DNA of 64,000 nt from Neoechinorhynchus agilis (lineage: Eukaryota > Animalia > Acanthocephala): positions 10,146,784 to 10,210,783 of the forward strand of contig CM121341.1 in NCBI GenBank assembly GCA_051530055.1, given 5' to 3'. Of the stretch, positions 26,745 to 40,100 are shown in pieces (the stretch's first letter is position 1; every line of letters starts with the position of its first letter). A model generated the notes under the pieces. It saw nothing but the letters and a program-made list of their open reading frames with translations, made no database searches and was not told the origin of the DNA. Both the position numbers and the translations under genes were made by a program.

Positions 26745-27125
26745 TTAAGAACAGCGAAACTGTCCACTGTTAGTTTCAATTATCCGAATTGGACACCCTC
26801 GCAGTAAGCAACATTCAATACTCCTTAGAAATCCCTGGAAATGCAGCGGAAGGGAGGAAGGTACGAAAATATAGAGAATTAGCAAAGGTCCACTATTTTG
26901 TCCCCTTCGGAGTAGAGACGTATGGAGCGCTTGGCAGCTCGGCACTTACTTTGCTTCAAGATCTCTCGAAGAAATTGAGAGAAACGACCGGCGACGCACG
27001 AGCAAGTGTATTCCTGCGACAAAATATCTCGCTCGCAGTACAACGAGGCAATGCTGCTAGCGTGATAGCGACAGCCGAGGGAGGAGAGAAGCTCCAATTT
27101 TGCGGACGGTGGTGATTGCACGTTT
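26745..27125 (+). mobile_element. CRE-clade RLE 3' fragment
   Basis: HYFVPFGVETYGALGSSALTLLQDLSKKL...QRGNAASV, near-identical to 1250-1587. Confidence 0.85.
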
Positions 27126-28240
27126 TGTGCTTTATTGTTGCAAAACCTTGAAAAGACACCTTTAAAAAATCCTATTTCCTTAAGAAAAATTGCTAAAGGT
27201 TTCGATAAAGAGATGAATCCATCAAAGGCATTGGCGATTCAATATACCGAATAAAAGACTATAGAGAATCAAGTACAAAACCCACTTACCATCAGCAACA
27301 GTGCTCGTGGCTAGCAGGCCACTTAATGGACATCGACAATGTCACCATTTTGGCGCTAAGTGAATCCGAATTCGACACAAATGATGAAATGCGATCGTTT
27401 ATTATTAGACGCTTTCTTTGCCATCTCCCAGAATCAACAGTAAAGTTTAAGATTCGAAACTTCTTAGCGATCACGAAGTTGAGAACGACGCAAACTGATG
27501 AATCGAAATTTGATTCGCAATGTATAAATTTGGACGAATTTTAAAAAAATGAGAACTTTGAACTCAAAAATCTTTGACCATGTGAACATTCATTAATACA
27601 AACTCGGATCGGCTTGGAATATTATCTTTTATAAGACGAAATCGGGTTTGCAATTCGTTGATGCGGCCGTTTATAATTGTTATTTCCATAGACGCTTTAC
27701 AATCTCCCAGAATCAATAGTAAAGTTTAAGATTCGAAACTTCTTAGCGATCATTCTTAGGTCCATCAAAATTATTCCGGTGCCGTTTACGTCACTTTTCT
27801 TACGATCACATGCAAACGCGCCCAACTGAATTTGTGCAATGATGACAGCACGTCGATTTGATCGCTGATTCGGCATCTACGAAGGTTGTTAATTTGACGG
27901 CGCCTCAAAGAGTCGATTTTTGAGTCTTGTAGGATAGGGGTCGGTGGACTGTGTGTCCAAGAAAAATTATCAGCCTAGAGACCGAACGGTGATATTCTTG
28001 TGGGATTATTTATACGTTTGAAGATTGAATTGTTCATATTGGTTGTTTTCTGGTAAAGAAATTAAAATGATTTTATTTAAAAATCCGATAATTCGAAGGC
28101 ACAATTTTGTACGCGTTTATCAAGTTTTTATTAAGCCCTTTTAATTTCTTAGCCATAAAACAACCGATTATTTATTCCGTTTTTCCAAAACAATGAGGAC
28201 ATGTTGACTTTTTTAGTTTTTTGTTTACATTTTACTGTAG

Positions 28241-29339
28241 ATGCCATTGAACGATCCGTCAAGAAATGTACAAAGCCGAATTGTTGCTAAGACAAATAAT
28301 GGCGATGGTCCAGAAACGGATGAATATCCTCATTCGAAGTTCATTGGTGACGTTAAAGATTATGTAAAATCCGAGCGACTGGGTGAAGGAACTTATGGAG
28401 TTGTTTTTAAAGGACGACATGTTGCGACGAACGAGGTAGTTGCTATAAAAAAAGTAAAATTGGATCCAGATCAGATGAAGATAGAAGGATTCCCAGTTAC
28501 AACTTTGAGAGAAATATCCATTCTTAAGGAACTTCGACACCCAAACATAGTGGCTCTTCACCAAGTTCTCATAAAGGAAAATAATATTTTCCTCGTCTTT
28601 GAATACGTCCCAATGGACCTAAAGAGATATTTAAATTCACTTAAACCAAAAGGAGAACGTGATTTTCTATCTCTGGACCCAGTGTCCCATCGTCAACGGA
28701 TGTACAGAATTTTCTATCAAACTGTCCAGGCAGCCCTCTTCTGCCACTATAGACGCATTATTCATCGAGATTTAAAGCTGCAAAACATTTTGATCAACGA
28801 TTGTGGTCAAGTGAAGCTCGCCGATTTTGGTCTAGCCCGTCCGTTTGAAATACCAATGAAACAATATACACAAGAGATCGTCACTTTGGGGCAGCGGTTG
28901 TGATCTCGGATACGAGTTTTCAATCGCTGCTTTATGGTATAGGTCACCCGAAATTCTATTAGGAACCGATAGATACTCTTGTGCTGTCGATGTATGGAGT
29001 CTCGGATGCATTTTCGCCGAATTGATGTACGGACAACCATTGCTTAATGGAGAATGCGAGATAGGCCAATTGTTGAAAATATTTCAGGCCTTTGGTACGC
29101 CTGATGTCGATACTTGGCCCGAGCTAAGGACAATGGCAAATTTCAATCTACGGTTCCCAAAGTTTCCACCGATGATCGATGAACTCATTGAACCTCTGCG
29201 TTTGGATGAGGCAGGTGAAGATTGCTTAAGGAAAATGCTTGTAGTCAATCCAAGACATCGAATAAGTTCGCGAGCTCTTCTTGAACACCACTGCTTCAAT
29301 GGCGTAGATAAGTCAACATTGCCAGCACGAGATCCATAA
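28241..29339 (+). CDS. CDK1: CDK1/cdc2-like cyclin-dependent kinase with one 46-nt interruption
   Basis: GEGTYGVVFK, VAIKK, PVTTLREISILKEL, HRDLK, LADFGLAR, YTQEIVTL / WYRSPEILLG, DVWSLGCIFAEL. The PSTAIRE helix is divergent, so orthology is tentative. Confidence 0.85.
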
Positions 29340-29599
29340 CGCTCTCTTGGTTTACGAATGGTACCCACCGAGGTTAATAAAACTACTTTAAATTGTCATT
29401 TCAGAAGATTTCTTTAAACGCAAATTTTGCCTTCACAGAGGGAAGGTAACTTATCTGCTTGATTTCACAGGCTTTTCCTTTCATGAAACTTTAGGTGGTC
29501 ACTGTAGATAAATGGACCAAAAAGCATTTTTAGTTCGAAGCATCAAGTTTAATTTTTAAATTGACACTTGGGAGAGGGCTATGGTAATGATAAAGAAAA

Positions 29600-32500
29600 A
29601 TCCTTATTTTCGAGCTTTCACCGTCTTACAACTTCTTCAGGAATCTACAAAGGCACGTGGAGATGTGAAGTGTGTCTTAAAGTAGCGACATCGAAGCGGA
29701 AAGTTCGTTTCGTTTGTTGAAAAGTTCTGGGGCTTTGTCGTGCTGACGTCCAGAACTCTCCTTCGTATTATCTGCGGAAACGCGATCCCCTTCCAACCGC
29801 CCGGGATATAAGTAGTGCCTCGGTGATAATCAGTTTCACCGGGTTTTTCGAAACAAATTTCACTCGCGTCGAGTTCTACTTCTCCGTAGCTGTGGCATTC
29901 TGAGTGGTACCTTGCCCATGGTGTGGCCTCGATTTTGCTCCCGGGCTGAGTGCGTTGCGAACGGTGAAAAACACATAATCCACATAGCGCAGATAAATCT
30001 CACTCGACGCTAAATGTTGAAAGATACACTGCATTTCCAGGAGCTAGGCTGTTTTCCATCGACAGTCTCGAGAGGAAACTGAATTCCATGGATCCTAGTG
30101 AGGGATTAAGGTGACGCGAGACAAACCATCGGATTATCTGCCGTTCCTCAATTTGTGTTTCAAAGTTAATGAGGTCACTGATTTGAGCTGGTATGGCAAA
30201 CCGTGTCGTAAAACATAGTTATGCATCGAGATTCCCATCGTCCTCTTGGGTGATGAAACAGGCAATTTGTGCTGAGACACACAGAACAGCGCTGGTTTGC
30301 TCATCGCAATTAACGGATAATCGATTGGCGATAGACTGAGTGACCGCAATTTTCGCGGATAATGGATATTCGAGTAACTGGATCATGCAGTTCTAGCAGC
30401 GATGTTATTGAAGATAGGAGAAACGTAGCGATGATCGTTCACGGAATCGATATAGAGAAAAACCGATTCTAAATATAAAAATATATCACTGAAAAGTTCA
30501 CTAGTAACATCTATCGAGAATGGATGTCTGGATTGTCCACAAAAGTGCCATTACACTGAAGCGAATCCAGAGGAGAACTAGACACCATGAAACGCCGGAA
30601 ACAAGTCCAGCATGGTGCTCGGCGTAGTCCGTGGACCCAAATAACAGATAATATTCGATTTGCACTTGAAGAAACGTTGTCAATGAGATGACCTGCGAAC
30701 GATATTTGACCGGTGACAATCACGAGAAAAATAAAACTTGATCAAATATGCGGCTGGAAAATCAAGTAGTATTTCACAATATTGTTTGAAGAGCTGGGGA
30801 AAAAGATGGAAGTAGGATCCTCATTGTTGAGAGAATCGAATGGTGAGTGATTTTGAAACTATTAAGAAAGGCAGTCTTAAATTTATGGAGTTTCGTATAT
30901 GTAATTTTCCAGAAATCATTTTTAGTACTAAAGAAATGCGGTTTGTTTCCTTTAAAAATTGAGTCAATAGGTTTGGAATCTTTACTCCCTACTTGTTTTT
31001 AAATACAATACTGAAATTCCAGGTTGATAATGCAAAAAAATGTTTCTTATCATTTGATTGCTCTTATGGATCCAGAGATAAAATGAGCAATAGTCAATGA
31101 ACAACCGAACGCACACGATCACAAACAATTTTTTAAGTTACTGTTAAGGACTGTTGTAGTTTTGATTATATAATTTTTAATCTCACTACCCAAATCTTAG
31201 TAATGGATCTCGACGAAATCGAAATGCTTGCATCTTTGAACCAAATACTTGGGGCACCGTTGAAACTTCTGAATCATAATCCCCGAATCTTTGGTACGAG
31301 TAGAATCCTTTCATGGTTGGTACTAGAACGACTAGAACCAATACCTGGAAGAGGTCCCTTAAAAGTGAAGTTACTAACCTTTATCATCGACATGGACACG
31401 CCAATATTTTGAATTCGGACGTCTGATGGCACTTGTGTCCCAAGCCAGGAGCAAGACTCCAATAAGTACAAACCTCATTGAGTACTTCACAGACGTTCTT
31501 AGAAGCTCCTTTGTCGAGATTCGTAAGGAAAAGTCAAATCGTCTCTTTTATAGTATTTAATAGATCAATCAAATTGAGTGTTAACAATAGCCATCAGTAG
31601 ATGTTTATGGGTACGAAATCTCACACTACATTGAAAGATTAAGTTCGCTGGTAAGAGTATGCTAAGTGTTCCATAATATTAATTGTGTCAAATTGAGTGT
31701 GACTTTTCATTTTGCCCTTGAAAAATGTCTGTGAGTGAATTTAGAGTTTTGGGTTGACGATGGAACTTGTCTGAATTTTATGTGGAAGAAATTGGTGTCT
31801 GCCATTATTGGCCAGACGAATGATTCGATTTCTTTCCAGACGACTTAAGATGGGTTTAGAGTAGCTATGCGATTCTCAAACTCGTTTTTTCAAAAATAAT
31901 TTATATAGAAATTTCGATTATCATTGTGACAGTTGTTTAAATGAACATTCCGTAATTTGTGTTATCTGGGAGTCGAAAATTGGGAAGATGTACAAAGTAT
32001 TTGTTGCGCAGAATTTAGTCTTCAGAATTTAGTGTGCGGTTGCTTACCCTAACTAGGCGATCAATAGAGCGAGAAAGCCAATCAAAAACGACATCTTTTT
32101 ATAACAATTGACTAGATCGCGTAAACGGATTAGAAAGATTACTGACGAGAAATAAGAAAGGTTTTCTCGGGAAATATTTTAAATCAAATATTTTCTTTTT
32201 ACCAAAAGAAAGTATTTTTCCCCCGAAGATAATAATTCAATACATGAATAAAAATGTCATATATCATTGTCCTCGGGGTGAATTTGATTGTACGTTGACG
32301 AATCCTGTCCCCTGTATTCGCCAACGTATAATAAATAAAAATGTTTCATGCAGGATCACATTCGGGTGGAAAGATATTCTTGTTGGGCGGTTCAAACTCC
32401 GAGACGTATTCATGTTATTTCTAATAAAGTACTTCTCCGCACTTTTAACGTTAGATTCCGTACCCATAAACATCTATTGATGGCTATTGTTAACACTCAA

Positions 32501-32870
32501 TTTGATTGATCTATTAAATACTATAAAAGAGACGATTTGACTTTTCCTTACGAATCTCGACAAACGAGTTGTGTTGGGTTGGAATTTAGTTTGATGAACT
32601 TGCCAGAGTCCAGCATATTGTGGGCCGCATCGGTATACTTCTCAGTATCTATGGCAACTAGAGCGCATCCCTTTTCAGATTTAAGGATTGTAACTGTCTG
32701 GTCATTCTTAAGTTGTTTGATTACTGTGCATTCTGGGTTACAGATACCCTTGTTTCCGGCTCTTGCAATCAAATCATATTCTGCCGTTTACAAGGTTACG
32801 TTTGGAGTGGCATGTATGAGTAGTTTGGGCAACTTCCTCTTTCGTGAAGAACGAGGACAATGATATATGA
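29600..32870 (-). mobile_element. Cluster of rearranged Penelope-like remnants
   Basis: Minus-strand TVTILKSEKGCALVAIDTEKY...FIKLNSNPT (32548-32772) and YLRYVDYVF (about 29970); inverted duplication of about 31505-31620 at about 32455-32560. Confidence 0.65.
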
Positions 32871-33058
32871 CAAAAAAACTTCATTTGTTTTCTCATTGCA
32901 AAATATTCGCAAAACTAGCTAATTTTCCTTTCTTGGTTCGTGAAAAATCTTTTTAATTTAGTCTTAATTAAAATTAAATTTGTACTTTTTAAGCCTAGAG
33001 AACCTAAAACATGAGATTGACGAACAGCTTTTTGTCAGCTTACGACCAAAATTACTTA

Positions 33059-33420
33059 CCCCAAGTAAATGCGGTTCAGAAAAGAAAGCAACATCCGGTT
33101 TCTCCAAAGCGGTCATTGTACATTCCACCACATTCGGTTGTCCTGATAATGCAGCTAACAGTGCATTTGCGAATCGTGCTGCAGCGTAAGCCATCGATAA
33201 AGTCGCCGAACCAGCTTTGGCACTTCAGCCTTCGTGGCTCAATGGATAGAGCGCTGGATTTCTAATCCAGAGGTTGCGGGTTCGATCCCCGCCGGAGGTG
33301 CGCCACGAACTGTGAACGCCGCCAAAATTGATCTCTTGATTTCAACACGACGATTTCTTTTGACAATTTAAGCTTCCGGTGATTTTTAATCTGGGCAGTG
33401 GTGAAATCTACCGAAGACGG
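33059..33420 (-). pseudogene. MDH2: Mitochondrial malate dehydrogenase (MDH2)-like fragment, interrupted and apparently frameshifted
   Basis: Exon 33059-33222 AKAGSATLSMAYAAARFANALL...VVEC...FFSEPHLLG ends in a GTAAGT donor. Upstream pieces are PSSVDFTTAQIK, ITG and INFGG. I did not find the N-terminus or last exon, so pseudogene status is uncertain. Confidence 0.6.
33228..33300 (+). tRNA. tRNA-Arg(UCU)
   Basis: Acceptor stem GCCTTCG/CGGAGGT, D arm TGGCTCAATGGATAGAGC, anticodon arm CTGGA-TT TCT AA-TCCAG, T loop GGTTCGATCC. Confidence 0.92.
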
Positions 33421-33829
33421 CGCTATCGTCCAGTGGTCAAATTGAGCTGGCATACAAGTTGCAGCGATGTTTTTGCTATCCAGCCCTTCGCATCATTGTA
33501 AACAGACGGGACTAAGAGAGGCTCAAGTGCCGTTTTATCCGGTAAATACGGCCCATTTCTTGGTGAAATCATTCGATCAAATACTTCGGTCTAAAGACGG
33601 TAAGATGACCCGGGCACACCTAAATGCAAAATCGTTCTCGCAAACACAGATGGTATTGTTCGACTAGAACTGTTAGCAATCATTAATTGCCATTTTTCTT
33701 GAATCAGGCTTCTTAAATTTAACCCAATATCTATTGTCAATTTCTTTTCCGAGTTGATGTTCATAGCAATGTCCTACTCCGTCGCCACATCGCGTCTACT
33801 CTACACTCGAGCAACGCAAAGACCAAGAC

Positions 33830-36740
33830 TCAAAACGACAAGCAAAATCAAGCAGTAAAAACTTACAATAAAATCAATGAACAGTGGACGGGACGCCACT
33901 AAGTATTCCACTCTTGTTGATGTTGCACTAAATGAAGTGCTTTGTACTAGTTGCTGATACTCTAAAAGACTCATTAATTGAAGTGATGGGCACAGTTAAG
34001 GATATATTAGCGGGGCCATTCGGTGCGAAATGGAAGCTCTCAGAAGTTAATAGTTGTTCAAAGTCAAAAAGTACGAAGGTAATAAACCTAATGCTTCAAA
34101 GGGGAAGACAAAGCTTCCAAAGAGGACTTCATAGAAACAAGCTCAACTTTTACAGAAATCGGCTAGTGAAGAGGCCACAAATGAGAATACAGTTTTGGTA
34201 GACTCCACCATTTGTGTCAAACTCAAACGAAGACTTGTTGGAAGCGAGTGGTGTTCAAAAGTATGCGAATACTTCGACAATTATTAGTGATTTGGTAGCA
34301 CCCTTAGAAAATATGCAGCCTGTATTACTTAATGATTCTAAAATTGCTGTGGAAGATTATGATATAAAGACTTCGATAAAAGATAGCGATAGAAAAAATG
34401 AAAGCGATTCACCTTCAATAACTATAAAGAAATCTACGGTTGAACAAAAGGCCGACGAAACATCTTAACGAGTAGGAGGAAAAAAAGCAAAAGAGGGAAC
34501 AAATAAGTATGTAAGGTAGACACCAACGCCATCAAAATCAATCAAACCCCCGATTCATTTCTGTAATGATGCGCCTTCTCCGCCCCCGGCCATCATCCCT
34601 CGCCGCTCTGGATTCGACCCGTCGTGTCATGCACTCCTCCCTCAAGGATATAAATCGCACAACTTTTGTTTGCAACCCCAATCACTCTCATTTCCGTCCC
34701 TATTACCCGAAATCCAAAATTTCCTTCCCACCGTTTTCTACTATAATACTCGTAGCCTCCTTCCTATACTAGATGAAATTTCACTAATTTCATCTACCTC
34801 AAAAGCCGACGTAGTCAGCTTAACAGAAACGTGGTTTACCCCTTTAGCAGCAATTCAGCCATCCTTCCCGGGTACTCTTCCTTCCATACATACCGCGATG
34901 ACCGCCCGGGAGGGGGTCTCAATTTACGTACGGCAGAACTACCTTACTCTTTATCTCTCACAGGTTCTCTTCAAAACCCCACAAATATGGACGCCTACTC
35001 GTCCGCCTCAAAACTCCCTCCCCCGCCGAGAACTCGGACCACTCCTCTGCCCTTATCACTCCCTCCACCCCACCTCTGCGTATGAAATCTCCCCGTTTAC
35101 CCGTCTGGAATTAACGTCATCGCCACATCCACAATTTTATAACATTGTTCAACGCTAACATCCGCATATTCCACTCTGTCAACGTAAATGCCCCTTCCTT
35201 GGCAATGTCCTCCCTAACCTCAATCATAAAAAATTCCCTAGTTTCGGCAATTCCCAAGAAATTCATTAGGATCTCCAACCGCGACCCTCCATAGATAACC
35301 CCATTTTGAAACTTCTACAAAGGCAAGCTTCTAGGGCCCATCGCAATAACTCCCCAGACTCTCCCCGTTTACAAAAAGCACTTACTAACAAAATAGTTAT
35401 CGCCCGCAGAAACTTTTCCTCTAAAATTCGTTCGGGTGGCGATTCAACACTCTTGGTCTACATCATCCGGATATCATCCCCAATGTGTCCTCTTCTGAAC
35501 TAAAACAGGTTCTAGATTTCAGTCTCCGGATAATCTTTAAGGCCGACATCTAAAGCTTTTGTCAACTCGCCGATACTCCAATAAGTTTCGTCACACGAAG
35601 ACAAATTACCTCAAAATTCATCCTCACAATGCGAAATCCCAAACTGGGCTCTTCGTTACCACTCTTTCTCCGAGCCAGCTCCGATTTTGATCTCAACTTG
35701 TTGCAGATCCGCTGGCTCAAATCTTATCTTCACAATCGCAAACAATACATTCAATGCCGTTTCACCTCCTCTATCAGCCTATCCCTCACCAAAGGCGTAC
35801 CTCAAGGTGCTGTTCTGTCACCACTTTTCTTTAATATTTTCCTAAACAACCTCAAACCTTTCTCCTCTCACTCTAAGCTCTTATTATATGCCGACGATAT
35901 CACCCTCATCACCCATTCACCACTAAGTCTCTCCCTTTCTTTAACCCCTAAAGATATTTCTGCACAATCACAAACTCCATCTCAATTTCTCTAAATGCTT
36001 CGAAATGATCCCCTCTCTCCCGCAACCCCACATCATCCCCTGAGTTTCTAAATGGCATCCTACGAGTAACTTCCCTAAGAATTCTGGGTCGCCAATTTCA
36101 ATCAAATTTGAAATGAGACTCGTACATCACTCTCTCCCTCAAGCACAACACCTTTAAAATTTATCTCTTCAAACACCTCCAACATTTAGGAATCGCTTAA
36201 CCCGATCTCAACAACTTTTACTTCTGCTTTATCTTACCATCCCTCACCTACGGTTGTCCCTTATTTTGCACCCTTTTCAAATCGCTAATCCGCCGCCTCG
36301 AAATTCTTCATAGAAGAGCATCTAGAAATTGCCCAGCTAACTTTCCCCCTGTCACCCAATGCCTTGATGCTATTTTGAGAAAACAAACAAAACGCCTCTC
36401 CACCCTACCGCCATAATTTTTTCCACATATCGCACCCTTTTCACACGAGCACAACACTCGTAATTCTAATTCGCTTCACCTTCCTATACCTCGCGCCTCC
36501 CTACACCTAAGCTCCTTTTTTCATGCTGCCCAATCTTCTCGGATATCATAACCTGAAATGAACCAGAGGAAAGACCTACCTTACAAGTGCTCATGCAAGC
36601 AATATCCTCCAATTCCTACCAGAACGGACATACAAAAAAAAGAAAATCTGTGTGTTTATGAGGACCCAAAAGTACATGGGTCTGATTTCTTAAACACAAA
36701 AATCAATAAAACGTGTTATTATTACTCATAAACCCGTCTT
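33830..36740 (+). mobile_element. CR1/L2-like LINE (ORF1-like piece, APE endonuclease, RT), degraded; same family as 15180-18200
   Basis: SLTETW, RDDRPGGG, GVPQGAVLSPLFFNIFLN, LLYADD; shared 3' sequence GAGGACCCAAA(A/G)GTACAT. Confidence 0.8.
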
Positions 36741-36779
36741 GCTATTGCAACAAACTCGTTTTTTGGCTGGCCCAAAAAT

Positions 36780-37480
36780 CATTTAGGTTCTTAACTACCG
36801 TGGTCAATAAATATTGTCTTTTAGCAGAAATTTCCTACTTCTCCAATCAGAACGATTTCATATCCTTTTAATTGCTGAGGACGAAGCCCATCGAGGCCAT
36901 GGTCAAAGCCGTGGGCGAAGGAGGATATGGCCATTCTCAGTTCAACTGTCGAAGTGGAGTGTCTTTGAGAGCTCCCCGAACATCTCCATCGGCGCGTTTT
37001 GAAGATACGCACTCAGCAAGCGGTCTCGTAGATGTTCGATGGCAGTTAGTCTCATTTGTACGTTGTTTGGGATCCTCCTCTGTTAAACGACGAATGCTCA
37101 AGAAACTTTCCTCAAAGGATACGAGGCGTCTTTTGATTACCGCAGTGAGGGACTTCTCCGAACTGTCGTCAGCGGAAAGCAAAGAGAGGTGTCCAAGAGG
37201 ACTCTGAATTTTGCTCGAAGCAGTCCAGCAGAAGGGTGGTGAATCATTTAGCTACTAGATATCGTGCTCCCTTTGGGATCAGTTTCAGAATGTTGCTGGG
37301 AAGAACACGCACGAGATCATGAGCGGAAGGAAGACTGTCGGCGTCATCGGGAAACGTCGACGGATTTACTGGTGTTGCCGGTTGAAGCGATCGCGGGATT
37401 TGACCGGATCCCCAACAACGTGATTTGACGGGCCCATGAATGCGCAACCCCCCAGTTTCGTGAACTTTTGAACTCATTGG
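36780..37480 (-). mobile_element. CRE-clade element, N-terminal ORF remnant
   Basis: LKLIPKGARY and SLTAVIKRRLVSF...DGDVRGAL are homologous to ORF 43737-44327. Confidence 0.7.
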
Positions 37481-37769
37481 TTGCTATGATGGAACTGAGT
37501 GATCAAAAATACTCAGCTGAATGCCAATCTTATTCCAAAATTAAAAAATTGCCTCATAGTTTTGCACTAGTTCACATTAGATAATTTATCAAAATGGGCT
37601 ATTTGAAAAACTATCAAACTTGTTGATTTGATCGTCTTTTGCCGGAAATCCTTTTTTAATATTAAGCCTCCATTTTTTTCTATGTATATCGTTAGTCAGT
37701 CTTCGAAAACTTAATCCGAAACGCTCGTACCTCTCCATACCTACGCTCCTTCTTCCATGCTGCCCCCTG

Positions 37770-37875
37770 CAACAAAATATCTCGCTCGCAGTATAACGAG
37801 GCAATGCTGCTAGCGTGATAGCGACAGCCGAGGAAGGAGAGAAGCTCTAATTTTGCGAACGGTGGTGATTGCAAT
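37770..37875 (+). mobile_element. CRE-clade extreme 3' end fragment
   Basis: CAAAATATCTCGCTCGCAGTA...GGTGGTGATTGCA is shared with the other copies. Confidence 0.8.
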
Positions 37876-38019
37876 GAACCCGTTCGTTGGGTTGTCGTCG
37901 TGCACCAACAGAGACGAGCTACTCTTGAGCGATTTGACAGGACCGCTCGTGTTCATCTTTGCGTTTGCGTTTGAAGACTTGAAATGAATCTGAGGAGAAA
38001 CAAGCGCTTCTGCAAGCAA

Positions 38020-38290
38020 TAAACACTAATGCCTACCAGAACGGACCTTCCCACCCAACCGGATATTCTCAAACGAACGGACACATCCTCACCCGAACGA
38101 ACCGTCCCCGGATAGATAGTTCCCACCCGAATAGGCATCCCTCCGACGTGATATTACCTTTCGAACGGACATCCCCCGACTGGATATTCCCATATTAACG
38201 GATACGCTTTTCTTTTTTTGAACCATTATGAACTTGAATGCTTATGAGGACCCAAAGGTACATGAGTCATCCTGTTCCTTCTCTACAAAT
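38020..38290 (+). repeat. Dispersed LINE-3'/SINE-like repeat with CCGAACGGAC-type internal motifs
   Basis: Related sequence at about 4280-4400, 15250-15390 (reverse) and 36570-36700, each with GGACCCAAAGGTACAT or a close variant. Confidence 0.55.
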
Positions 38291-38879
38291 GGGATGCCCA
38301 CATTTCATTTACACTCTCTAAAACAAACCCTCGTCTTTAGCTCTTCAAACTCGTCCGGCGTCTCGGCGTTTCCCCTAAACGCCTTGCCCACTTTTATCTT
38401 TCTGCCATCCTTCTTATCCTTAAATACGCCTTCCCCACTTTTCTCGCCCTTTCCACCAATGCTCTCCATTCCCTCGAAACCTTGCACAAGAGAGCAGCGA
38501 GAATATGCGGGACTTCACTCCCTCCCCTCGACGCCCACCTCCATTTGCTCCAAAAACGCCCTCCGTCTTCTTCAACCCCCTCCACAATTTTCTTCTTTCA
38601 TCTCTAAATACTCTTCCCTAGTAAACACCCGGAACCCAACCTTTTTCATCCCCCCTCGCTCGTACCACCCTCTACCAAAAATCTTTCTTCCCTCAAGCCC
38701 GATCTTTAATTAATAACCGGAGAACAAGGAAAGACTCCTAATCTGTCATTCTCCTGTAAAACTCCTTCAAAGACAAATCCCACTTCCCTGCCTTAACATC
38801 CGACATCCAGACAACTTCAGCAAAGATAGATGCTGGCAAGTGTATGAATCGTTTTTCTTATTCAATAAAACGTGTTTGT

Positions 38880-40100
38880 TGAACAATAAACGTGTTATTA
38901 TATTATAGGATAATGCGGATAGATCTTAGATTGCAATGCCTGCTGATCGTTTCTTGCTATGCCCCACAAGCCGAACTCACGCAGCAGGAGAAAGACCAGT
39001 TCTGGGAAGATCTATATGATGTGGTCCATGAAATCAAGGAGGAAAGATATATAATATGTGGAGATCTCAACGGTCTTGTTGGCGCGGAAAACTCGAGCTT
39101 GTGTCAAGCACACGGTGGAAGAGGCTTTGGAACCCGAAATTTAGAGAAAGCATTTTGGATTTTGCTTTACCAAATAAACTTCGGATCACGAACACTTACT
39201 TTAAGAAAGAAGAACGCCAATTTGTGACTTACAGCACCGGCGGCAGGAGGAAAATCGCAAATCGATTATATCCTCTATCCACAAGAAAAATGGAGAGGAA
39301 TGAAAAACGCAAAAACTATACCTGGAGAGACTTAGCTTTGGAACACCGTTTACTGTGCATAGACCTCTAGATCAAGAACATCAAACGGCCCAAATAAAGG
39401 ATGCCTAATAAAACCAAATTGTGGCGACTTGATCAAACTCCATAATTGTGAAGAATTCAAGAAGCATGTCATCAGCATTCTAAATCACGACATTGAGGAT
39501 ACGAATAGATGCTGGATTAAATCGGCAGAGAAATCCTTGGATAAAACCACAGGTAGAAAATTACCGAAACAAGAAACATGGCGGTGGAGCGACGAGATGC
39601 AAAGGGCGATAGCGGACAAAAAGTGCGAAAAAGAAAATGGATGCAATATATGAGAAATCGAGAAATATAGCAAAGAAAGCGGTGGCGATAGGGAAGCAAG
39701 AGGCAAATTCGAACTTCTATTCAAAGCTGCAAAAAGACAAAACAATGTCATATGTGTTTATAGTGATGAAGATCAGAGATCAGGGACCTAAGGACATTAC
39801 GACGGTAAAGAAAATTAAGAACAAGGATGGGAACATTTTGAACGAAGAAAAAGAAGTTAAAGAAAAGTGGAGAGAATACTTCAATCAACTGCTGAACAGT
39901 ACGAATGGAGCAGAAAGAGTGCACGAACCTGACGAAGGATTAATCAACGCAATATCAGAGGTCGAAGATAAAACCGCACTTTCCAAGATGAAAACCAATA
40001 TAGATCTGGAAAGTGCTTGAAGCTGATGCTGTTCCACTATTAACAAATCTCTTCCAACGAATACTTACTACTGAAAAGATGTCCGACGAATAGAGGCAGT
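38880..40100 (+). mobile_element. RTE-clade non-LTR retrotransposon remnant (APE and pre-RT region)
   Basis: VSCYAPQ...EKDQFWEDL...ICGDLNG; ITNTYFKKEERQFVTYSTGG; ETWRWSDE; VKEKWREYFNQLLN. Confidence 0.85.

Noticed and set aside
28888-28933. IRE1/XBP1-type or tRNA bulge-helix-bulge splicing signal
   Set aside because: CAGCGG and CGCTGC lie in the stem rather than in twin 7-nt loops, and no consistent bulge-helix-bulge geometry is shared between the sites. It cannot be excluded without exact junctions.
28884-28942. Foldback assembly or amplification chimeras producing the hairpin inserts
   Set aside because: Such artefacts copy adjacent sequence perfectly. These stems are imperfect, have unique loops and lie at clean in-frame positions in many genes. 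Raw reads should still be checked.
32143-32180. Hammerhead-like CTGACGA...GGGAAATATTT
   Set aside because: Extra bases separate the stem from GAAA and no stem I is evident; at best a decayed relic.
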